Origin: an uncultured virus (IMG/VR IMGVR_UViG_3300037067_016944)
Taxonomy: Duplodnaviria > Heunggongvirae > Uroviricota > Caudoviricetes
Length of the DNA stretch: 20,000 bases
Direction: 5' to 3' (one strand)
IMG/VR virus record: IMGVR_UViG_3300037067_016944
A model generated the notes under the pieces. The model saw only the letters and a program-made list of their open reading frames with translations. It was not told the origin of the DNA and made no database searches. Below are positions 1 through 6,896 of the stretch, piece by piece (position 1 is the stretch's first letter; each line of letters opens with the position of its first letter). The position numbers and the translations under genes are program-made.

Positions 1-103
1 AAATTGGAAGTGTGCTACTCCCTTTGTCGTTGTCGACCGCGAACAGCTTTTTTGTATTGTAGGCGATAACGAAGAACGGGGCTTTGAGTAATCTTGATGC
101 CAT
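1..103 (-). CDS. 5' part of a hypothetical protein running off the window edge
   Basis: ATG at 103 opens a frame MASRLLKAPFFVIAYNTKKLFAVDNDKGSSTLPI with no stop before position 1. It is divergent from the ORF at 208. Confidence 0.45.
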   Translation of the reverse strand, partial: MASRLLKAPFFVIAYNTKKLFAVDNDKGSSTLPI

Positions 104-207
104 AGTTATGAAATACGTCGCTGCCAAATTTTACCACAGGACAGGTTGCGCAACAACCCATTACTTCTGCGTATAAACGAACTCCCTATTATAGTGGTAG
201 GTGATTG

Positions 208-1143
208 ATGAAACTGGAAAATATTAATCGTCTCGATGAGACGTTAGAACTTGATCGCCAATACCTCATCATAGAGGGGTTGTTGTCGGATTTAATCGCC
301 ACGAGCGTTTCCAAGATTCAGACTTATATAGCCGCTAGGGATAAAGTAGTTGAGCAACTCGGTTTAAAAAATTATATCAACACCGCAAGAGATCTAGAAG
401 TATCTCTTCTCGACGATTCTCCGGCAGCCGAGAAGTGGTGGCAAGCTGCGGCGACTGCCGTCGACAAGAAACATGGTGGGAAGTCAACACCGCGAGAGCG
501 TGCTGTCTTGATAGCTAAAATCAAGGCAAAAGTCAAGCCTCTGATCAACAGAGATATGGAGGATACGGAGGAGCGGTTAGCTGCTTACTACGCACAACGT
601 ACCGGCCAAGATGAAAAGAAGGTCGAGCGGCTGTTTGATATTCTGTTCGGTGACAGAGCACCCAAGCCTAAAAGGCGTCGACGCGATTACGCCTACGCTG
701 AAGACATTTGGGATAAGGTTTCAGCCGGTCTTGATATGCTCGATCCGAAAAAGCGTGTAATGCGTGGTGCTCAGATGATTCGAGCCAACAACAATGCACG
801 AATCGCCACCATCGCAATCTCGGTATTATCGCAACAACTTGATACGATCAACGTTGATCGGAAATCGAAAACCGCGAATAAAAAACCACCGATACCATCT
901 ACGCAGCTCACGCAGAAGTATGAAATAGCGATGTTCATCAACAAGTGTATGCGTGATGCCAGCAAACTAGCAAACAAAGATAAAGATCCCGGATATTGGG
1001 TCCAAAAAATACGCAACAAGGCAAAGCGAATGGGGCTCAAAGTCCAATTCAACAGAATGCCATCAAAACCGTATCCGACAAATTTCGAGGAATTTAGGCG
1101 ACAATACGGCAAACCTGTTTTGAAACCCGGTCATAAGGTTTAA
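208..1143 (+). CDS. Hypothetical basic protein, possibly virion-associated
   Basis: 311-aa ORF; ATG at 208 is preceded by AGGTG. The protein is Lys/Arg-rich and helical-looking, and its MKL..I..LDE start resembles uncharacterised large-phage proteins. No catalytic motif recognised. Confidence 0.7.
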   Translation: MKLENINRLDETLELDRQYLIIEGLLSDLIATSVSKIQTYIAARDKVVEQLGLKNYINTARDLEVSLLDDSPAAEKWWQAAATAVDKKHGGKSTPRERAVLIAKIKAKVKPLINRDMEDTEERLAAYYAQRTGQDEKKVERLFDILFGDRAPKPKRRRRDYAYAEDIWDKVSAGLDMLDPKKRVMRGAQMIRANNNARIATIAISVLSQQLDTINVDRKSKTANKKPPIPSTQLTQKYEIAMFINKCMRDASKLANKDKDPGYWVQKIRNKAKRMGLKVQFNRMPSKPYPTNFEEFRRQYGKPVLKPGHKV

Positions 1144-1145
1144 TC

Positions 1146-1409
1146 ATGAATCATCCTTCAGTCTTACTCGGATCTGGCTTTATTGGAGCTGCTGCACAGC
1201 CGAAAATAACCATCAACCAAGTACCAGTGGTGTCAGAGAAGAAAACTGACACCATAAAACCAGCTAACAGAGGAAAATTCACAGCCAAAGCCAAAAAGGC
1301 AGGCTTGAGTGTCCCAGCGATGGCATCAAAGGCGTTGAAGCCCGGTAGCAAAGCTTCGAAGGCTACTAAGAAACAAGCAGTCTTCGCTAAGAACGCTCAG
1401 AAGTGGTAA
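1146..1409 (+). CDS. Small Lys/Ala-rich phage protein
   Basis: 87-aa ORF starting 2 nt after the previous stop. C-terminal IKPANRGKFTAKAKKAG...KKQAVFAKNAQKW is very basic. Confidence 0.7.
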   Translation: MNHPSVLLGSGFIGAAAQPKITINQVPVVSEKKTDTIKPANRGKFTAKAKKAGLSVPAMASKALKPGSKASKATKKQAVFAKNAQKW

Positions 1410-1761
1410 TCCACCGCTGCATAACAGTTTTATGCGCAGGATTTGTCGACCACTTCAAGAACTTCTCTACGATCACAGACCATTCGACATCTCCGTAGGT
1501 CTTGATCATATAGGCAATCATGTTGCGGTGTAATTTGCGCAGCTCCGTAATCTCGTCATCGGTCTGTCTTAAAACTACAGGCTTATGACATCTGATAACT
1601 CTATATTCAGTGCCGTCGATAGTTATGACGAGAGATATCGTGATGACCCTGGAAATCGGATCATAGACGCCTATTAGTTCAGCTATACAGTTCGGAATAT
1701 TCGAATTTCTGGCTAGCTTTTCACGTAACCAGACGAGTCTTGTATCGATGATGTCGCTCAT
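1387..1761 (-). CDS. Hypothetical protein
   Basis: 124-aa ORF coupled to the upstream gene by a TAATG overlap at 1761. Its 3' end overlaps the convergent ORF by 23 nt. Confidence 0.7.
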   Translation of the reverse strand: MSDIIDTRLVWLREKLARNSNIPNCIAELIGVYDPISRVITISLVITIDGTEYRVIRCHKPVVLRQTDDEITELRKLHRNMIAYMIKTYGDVEWSVIVEKFLKWSTNPAHKTVMQRWITTSERS

Positions 1762-1976
1762 TACTCCATAATTACTCTTGAAGTCGCCTGACTAATCAAG
1801 CTCTCTGCTGTAGTCCTCGGCAATCCCTCCAGCACCGGCGTCCATTGCCCGCCCTCTAAAATCTCAATCTTATAGGCTCCGGTATTGATGTCTTGTCCAG
1901 GCATTTGCATCGTTCTGATGCATTTTGAGCCTGCTCTACGCATTTGTACGAGTGCTTCTGAAATGTTGATAGCCAT
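1761..1976 (-). CDS. Hypothetical protein
   Basis: 71-aa ORF with stop/start overlaps on both sides (1976 and 1761). Confidence 0.75.
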   Translation of the reverse strand: MAINISEALVQMRRAGSKCIRTMQMPGQDINTGAYKIEILEGGQWTPVLEGLPRTTAESLISQATSRVIME

Positions 1977-2281
1977 TATTTGCCTACTGGCTTGGGTGCA
2001 TGAAGAACTGGTGATGGTAAATTATCTAGTCCTTTATCAATCGAAGTACATTGGATGAAATATCCACGGCCTTCGACATAATGCTCGTGGCTCATGCATG
2101 AGCCACATACCGTAGAGTCAGTCGAACAACTACATTGACCTGACGGATAAGTGGGGCATTGAATTGGAATCCATGCACGGCCATCCCATTCGACTTTTAC
2201 CCATGGCGGTTGTGGTTTTGTCGACGGCTCTGCTAGTTTTTTCCTAATTTCTGTTCTGATGGCCTCGATATTGTATGACAT
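1976..2281 (-). CDS. Cys/His-rich hypothetical protein, possible metal-binding
   Basis: 101 aa with a GGAG ribosome-binding site upstream and pattern C-x7-CxC-x5-CxxC-x2-HxH-x10-C. Confidence 0.65.
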   Translation of the reverse strand: MSYNIEAIRTEIRKKLAEPSTKPQPPWVKVEWDGRAWIPIQCPTYPSGQCSCSTDSTVCGSCMSHEHYVEGRGYFIQCTSIDKGLDNLPSPVLHAPKPVGK

Positions 2282-2296
2282 GCGGTTCTCCCGGCT

Positions 2297-3106
2297 TCAA
2301 AGTATTTTTGGTAACTGTATTCTTTGAAGTAACGCTTCAAAGGCGTCGAAAGCACGTAAGAACGTCTTGTCTTTTGTTGTCGCGTCTCCGTACCGCCTAC
2401 CAAGACCTGGTTCTAGACAGAACCATCCAGAGAAATTAGATGCTAGAGCGTCTGCTACTATGACATCTAATTGAGCATCGCCAAAACCCGCTGGCTTGGC
2501 TGCATCACCAGTTTTGAAATCGTGCACATCGACGAATGTGATTCTTGATTTCAAAAGGGACCAAAATTTCACGAATGGATTAGTTTTTGCTCTCATAACG
2601 AGCAACGCCGGGTCGAATAATAAATTCAATCGTCTGAATTTGTTAAGAAGAATTGCTATCGCTGCTGCCTGATTGTAAGATGAATTCGTTTCTGGTTCAA
2701 ACAGCAGTTGCACGTCATATGATATGCTTAGCCCAGAAGCCGTAGATAACCATTTCTGAATCAGCTCATTATCATCCTTCGCTGACATCGTACCGATACC
2801 GATCCTAATAGCTTTACATTTCAAGTATTTGCATATCTGCATAGCCCTGACGAGTTTCGGCTCTTCCGCCGCTAGTTGGCTTGGGTTGACACAACCAATT
2901 TCGGTATGCAGAAGAATTGGTGCAAGGCTGTGCTTACGCAATATGCCATCAAGTATGCTGATGGCATTATCAGGCATATTGTAGATATCACGACACCAGC
3001 CGCGCCGCAAGCAAACGCTGGTGATCTTCTTCGACGCTAATAGCTCGCAAGCTTTATCGGGGTCGTCGAACACTTCGTCAGTATAAACTGCCAGCTTTAC
3101 ATTCAT
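2297..3106 (-). CDS. Xylose isomerase-like TIM barrel (sugar-phosphate isomerase/epimerase, AP endonuclease 2 family)
   Basis: Motifs KLAVYTDE, LLFEPE, LLFDPA, FVDVHD, GFGDAQL and GWFCLEP occur in the family order. Start moved to ATG 3106, which overlaps the upstream stop as ATGA. Confidence 0.8.
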   Translation of the reverse strand: MNVKLAVYTDEVFDDPDKACELLASKKITSVCLRRGWCRDIYNMPDNAISILDGILRKHSLAPILLHTEIGCVNPSQLAAEEPKLVRAMQICKYLKCKAIRIGIGTMSAKDDNELIQKWLSTASGLSISYDVQLLFEPETNSSYNQAAAIAILLNKFRRLNLLFDPALLVMRAKTNPFVKFWSLLKSRITFVDVHDFKTGDAAKPAGFGDAQLDVIVADALASNFSGWFCLEPGLGRRYGDATTKDKTFLRAFDAFEALLQRIQLPKIL

Positions 3107-4353
3107 AACTCGACTATTTGGCTGTGCTTCGGACCGGTTCTGACCCAATGCAATCCGAAGAATTGCGACATATCAGACAAGTCATCGCAGCTTTCGTTCA
3201 CACCGCTTTCGTATGTTCCGTTATTTTCGATGACTGGTTGCAAATGTAGACGCAACCAGTTGATGACCTTGGGTGTGAAGACCTCTTTATATGTCGTCTT
3301 ACCCTTGACGGTTCTATCAACGAAGTTGATGAAGTTGAGGCTATATAAGACACGCCCGTCTCTGAGCAGACCACCAGCCAGAGCATTCACATATCTTGCT
3401 CTTTCTGTCGGGAATTCGAAGATACGTCTAACCTTCTTGGTGACGGACGTCATCATTGCATATCTGTATTCTTCGACGAATTCATCGAAGTTGTCATATC
3501 CGGCCTGTTTCGCTACAGCTTCCCACCCAATTTCTCTCGCTTCCCAATAATTGCCGGTATAGCATTGCTCACCGGTAGCCGCCGATTCGTTGCTAATGCG
3601 TATCGGGTTGGTGCGTAAATTTATGATGACATTTGTGATTGCTCTACCAGGAAGACCGGCATCAGCAACTAACTGCGTCGGGTGCGTTTGCCGCGAGGTG
3701 CAGTATGGGTATTCAGCGAAGTTGAGATCAAGATCGACACCCTGCGAACCTTCGACAAGAACACGCATCCCCTGCTTTGCTATGCCGCGATTCAGTTCCA
3801 TTGTCAAATCTGCGATAGTGCAGAACTCACGGAGTTCCTCATAGTCTCTTGCCAGCTTTTGCTGTGGCAGACGCATAGCTTTCGCTGCAATGGCCGCACC
3901 ACATCCCTTGAACGTGCTACCAGTTTTGATGGTTTCGCGTTCATATTGTTTGTTCTCTTCAGTGATTACGTTGGCCAACGGGTGGATGGTCAATCTTTCA
4001 CGAATCGGGAAGCCGAGTGATTCGAGGTTCGCGACTTCGCCGAATAGCGTCTTCAGGTCAATTGCAGCGCCGGCGTTGATGTAGAGTCGCGTGTTCTTAT
4101 TGATGAATGCTGATGGAATATGCTGGACTAGTATTCGCGTGCCGTCATCAAGCTCTGTGTAGTGACCAGAATTCGTCATCCAGTTGTTGGTTGCTAGATG
4201 GAAATCGTATTTGTCAGCCAACCAAGAATTGAGAGAGCCCTTTCCAGACGATCCGGCACCGCCGTCAGTCGTGACGACTACCATTTCTCCATTTTGGCCC
4301 GGCGTGAATGGATGCACTGGTGTTGTTCTGTGGTTTGGATAGCTAGCTGACAT
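3103..4353 (-). CDS. purZ: PurZ-type adenylosuccinate synthetase homolog (putative N6-succino-2-amino-dAMP synthase)
   Basis: PurA-fold motifs GSSGKG, NSGH, GSTFKG, EGSQG, YPYCTSR, NPIRI, TSVTKKVRR, LNFINF and TGP. Ser replaces the catalytic Asp of PurA GDEGKG, and NFxN replaces the GTP-specific TKLD. Start moved to ATG 4353 (GAGGG ribosome-binding site). Confidence 0.85.
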   Translation of the reverse strand: MSASYPNHRTTPVHPFTPGQNGEMVVVTTDGGAGSSGKGSLNSWLADKYDFHLATNNWMTNSGHYTELDDGTRILVQHIPSAFINKNTRLYINAGAAIDLKTLFGEVANLESLGFPIRERLTIHPLANVITEENKQYERETIKTGSTFKGCGAAIAAKAMRLPQQKLARDYEELREFCTIADLTMELNRGIAKQGMRVLVEGSQGVDLDLNFAEYPYCTSRQTHPTQLVADAGLPGRAITNVIINLRTNPIRISNESAATGEQCYTGNYWEAREIGWEAVAKQAGYDNFDEFVEEYRYAMMTSVTKKVRRIFEFPTERARYVNALAGGLLRDGRVLYSLNFINFVDRTVKGKTTYKEVFTPKVINWLRLHLQPVIENNGTYESGVNESCDDLSDMSQFFGLHWVRTGPKHSQIVEL

Positions 4354-4367
4354 ATTTCCCTCTTTTG

Positions 4368-4616
4368 TTAATCTGTTGGATCGACTGGTTTCATCCAATC
4401 TTTACGTACGCTGACGTCACGTTCTCGCTCTTCCTTGCGGCAAGTTGTCTTATTGCAGTGCTCACACTGGTCGTTGATATGCTCGACCCATTTAACATGC
4501 ACCGTATACCATTCCTCAGATGTTTGTGTAACCACAATACCAACCGCTGGCATACGGATACCATGACCGCGCATCTGAGTGATCACAACTACATCGCCAT
4601 TCTTAAATGCACTCAT
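4368..4616 (-). CDS. Small hypothetical protein, SH3/KOW-like beta barrel with CxxC
   Basis: 82 aa; FKNGDVV..I...GIV...Y.V.V.W pattern with a CEHC...C insert. First gene after a spacer containing TGTATT. Confidence 0.6.
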   Translation of the reverse strand: MSAFKNGDVVVITQMRGHGIRMPAVGIVVTQTSEEWYTVHVKWVEHINDQCEHCNKTTCRKEERERDVSVRKDWMKPVDPTD

Positions 4617-4649
4617 TTTACACTCGCTTGATACGTGGCCTACCTATAG

Positions 4650-4655
4650 AATACA
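4650..4655 (-). promoter_or_regulatory. TGTATT candidate phage promoter element
   Basis: 33 nt upstream of ATG 4616; same hexamer lies at similar spacing before three other genes. Confidence 0.5.
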
Positions 4656-4677
4656 TACGCAGAGGTCGCGTAATGGA

Positions 4678-5019
4678 TTAGACTAACACAGCTTGGACGT
4701 CATAGCCGTCTGCGGCCCAGACGTTGATTTGATCGCTGTGTTTGGTTTGGTTGGCGACTCTTACTGCTCTTGGTAGAGGTAGAATTTCGATTACCTCGTC
4801 AGAGATCCCACCACGATTAATAGGTCGTTTGACTGCTACTCGATTATTCTGTTGCAGCCTCTGTTTGATTCTGATTGCTGTCTGGACTTGTTCAAGGTCA
4901 TGTAAAAGAATTGTCAAGCTCTGCCCCAATTTCGCTTCTAACGCTGCGAGCCATCGGTCAGATTTGATCAGTAATTCAGCGTTGTCGCCAAGTTCATCAA
5001 TGATGTCGAATTCAATCAT
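4678..5019 (-). CDS. Hypothetical protein
   Basis: 113-aa ORF with AAGGGG ribosome-binding site, overlapping the upstream gene by 8 nt. Confidence 0.7.
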   Translation of the reverse strand: MIEFDIIDELGDNAELLIKSDRWLAALEAKLGQSLTILLHDLEQVQTAIRIKQRLQQNNRVAVKRPINRGGISDEVIEILPLPRAVRVANQTKHSDQINVWAADGYDVQAVLV

Positions 5020-5236
5020 TTTCTATCCCCTTGACATTTGGTTGCTCTTCTTCAACCTCCACTAACCAATGTGTCGGCATCCACACCAGCTTTCCTAGTA
5101 GCTCGACCCTACAGAACCCATTGCCGATTTCGCGAATGATACCTATTTCATTATGCCAGATATGCTGCTGATTGTAGATGCACACCAACATCCCAATTTT
5201 GACGGCACTATTGGTCATTGTGATGACCTCAAACAT
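5012..5236 (-). CDS. Small hypothetical protein, SH3/KOW-like
   Basis: About 74 aa; VKIGMLVCI...IGII.EI....CRVEL...VW pattern; fits the operon spacing. Confidence 0.6.
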   Translation of the reverse strand: MFEVITMTNSAVKIGMLVCIYNQQHIWHNEIGIIREIGNGFCRVELLGKLVWMPTHWLVEVEEEQPNVKGIEND

Positions 5237-5245
5237 CAATCGTAG

Positions 5246-5935
5246 TTACTTAAATATCTTTTCGATCTTGGATGGATTGTCTCTAAGCTCCTTGATGATG
5301 GTTTGAGCTTGTTTGAGACTAACTCCATACCGGTGTGCCTTACATGAGGCTATAATCTTGGCCGAATTGATGTTACCGCATAGCTTTATCGGCCTATTAA
5401 TGCATGCTTGTATCGCTGCTAGAGACGCATTATGGGCAGATATATTGGCCTTGGCTTGAGCACATCGGAGATTGATGTCGGTCCGTAGCAAATTAGGGGC
5501 CGGTATTTCTTTTATCGCCATGCAGAGATTGTCGATGTCGGATTGTTCTCTAGATAAGCAACCGAGAACAAATCTTATTTCTTGTACTCGCGGTAAGTGC
5601 TGCCTTATGAACGCAGTAATCGCCAATGTCTCTGCTTTTGTCTCGCCTGGCGATTTAGTTCCGAGTGCGATTTCAAAGCCATCACACGACAAAGCGTGGA
5701 TAGACATCGTATGGAATTTACTAACTCCAGACTTGTCGCCCTTAGGCCAATCTACTGTGGTTAGAATCTTATACGCCGCCTGTCTTTTGACTCTCTGCAT
5801 TGAGGCGTCAGCGACAAGATCCGGGTGGACGACTATTGCACCCATCTTATAGACGTGAGCGAGTTCCATCGCTTCGTTCAACTCACTCGCCTGCATTATG
5901 TCGAGTTCAAGTTTTTGGCTTATATAATATAGCAT
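5246..5935 (-). CDS. DeoC (deoxyribose-phosphate aldolase)-like TIM barrel, divergent
   Basis: AIVVHP, TTVDWPKG, CDGFEI, LLRTD, PIKLCGNI and RYGVS align in order with DeoC VCVNP, TVIGFPLG, ADEIDM, FIKTS, GVKASGGI and RIGTS. Confidence 0.7.
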   Translation of the reverse strand: MLYYISQKLELDIMQASELNEAMELAHVYKMGAIVVHPDLVADASMQRVKRQAAYKILTTVDWPKGDKSGVSKFHTMSIHALSCDGFEIALGTKSPGETKAETLAITAFIRQHLPRVQEIRFVLGCLSREQSDIDNLCMAIKEIPAPNLLRTDINLRCAQAKANISAHNASLAAIQACINRPIKLCGNINSAKIIASCKAHRYGVSLKQAQTIIKELRDNPSKIEKIFK

Positions 5936-6011
5936 GTTGTGTCCGTTCCCTTGTTAATTGCCGAATGTTCAAATACATGGCGTGTATTCGAACAAATAAT
6001 GACACAACGAT
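5934..6011 (-). promoter_or_regulatory. Nested stem-loop over the translation start of the DeoC-like gene
   Basis: Inner inverted repeat at 5966-5994 has 12-bp arms, fully paired with one G-U in the minus-strand RNA, and a 5-nt loop. Outer arms GTTGTGTC (5936-5943) and GACACAAC (6001-6008) abut the ATG. Confidence 0.6.
5972..5977 (-). promoter_or_regulatory. TGTATT candidate phage promoter element
   Basis: 36 nt upstream of ATG 5935. Confidence 0.5.
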
Positions 6012-6065
6012 AACTAGAAACTATATGGCAGCATCATCACAGATTCAATATTTTGCTTAGATGTA

Positions 6066-6263
6066 TTACTTAGGCTTCTTGATTTCGACGTTCTGTTTTT
6101 GAGTGTGTCCAGGGATTGGATTATGGACAGCGAATTCAGTACCAACCGATAATTGGTTGTAAGCTGTTCCGCCACCATGCGGACCAGTAAATGTCTTCTG
6201 CTGCTTGGTACCTTCCGGTACTACCGGCTTCGATGGCATTTTGTTCTGATCTAGCATGGTCAT
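6066..6263 (-). CDS. Small hypothetical protein
   Basis: 65 aa, ATGA overlap with the upstream gene and GGAG ribosome-binding site. Confidence 0.65.
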   Translation of the reverse strand: MTMLDQNKMPSKPVVPEGTKQQKTFTGPHGGGTAYNQLSVGTEFAVHNPIPGHTQKQNVEIKKPK

Positions 6264-6889
6264 CTCCCTAAGCCGTAGGCTATTAAATCGACATTTATAT
6301 CTTTGATGTCGATGTCGAAATGGGTTAAGATGTCGTCAATGGCATGTCTGGCGAATTTCACTCTATTGACGCCCGGCAAGTAGTGAAAACTCACAGGCTC
6401 TATTGGTTCTGTTTCGTCTAGAATTGTGATGGTTGGTGGATTGACGTCATTAAGACGCTGGTAGGCGATGCCATATTCGAAATTTGTACCACGTCCAGTA
6501 GGGACTATCACCAACACATAAGATGCAGTAGATATACCCTCATATTCACGCAAGGCTTTTTGACGCAAAGAATCCGGGTCGACATCTCTTGGTATCTTGC
6601 TTGTGGTAATTTCCTCGCCCCATATCGTCCAATCGAAAGCTATTGGGATTTGTAGACTTTTGAAGAACTCTATGAATGCCCTAGCTCGCTTCCAATTTGA
6701 TAACGTCGTTGCAACATATATCGATTTATCTCTATCCCAAGAGATGACGTGCCAACTATCGGTGAGATCACCGTTTGACTCCATCGACCAATAATAATTA
6801 CCACCGCATTTCTCACATCTACCATCAATCCATACGGCTGCGGAAAACTCTGAGCTGCAGTACGGGCAAGTGAGGTCTTGGGTTATCAT
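6260..6889 (-). CDS. Zn-ribbon fused to nucleoside 2-deoxyribosyltransferase / nucleotide N-glycosidase-like domain
   Basis: N-terminal CPYC-x13-CEKC, then SIYVA...FDWT...EGI..A..VLVIVPTGRGTNFEYGIAY. The GT..E.G.A motif contains the family's catalytic Glu. Confidence 0.75.
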   Translation of the reverse strand: MITQDLTCPYCSSEFSAAVWIDGRCEKCGGNYYWSMESNGDLTDSWHVISWDRDKSIYVATTLSNWKRARAFIEFFKSLQIPIAFDWTIWGEEITTSKIPRDVDPDSLRQKALREYEGISTASYVLVIVPTGRGTNFEYGIAYQRLNDVNPPTITILDETEPIEPVSFHYLPGVNRVKFARHAIDDILTHFDIDIKDINVDLIAYGLGR

Positions 6890-6896
6890 AAGTTAT

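Noticed and set aside
3103..4398. Annotation as ordinary purA with start at 4398
   Set aside because: It lacks the PurA Asp (GDEGKG), TTGR and TKLD motifs. Start 4398 overlaps the upstream gene, while 4353 has a good ribosome-binding site.
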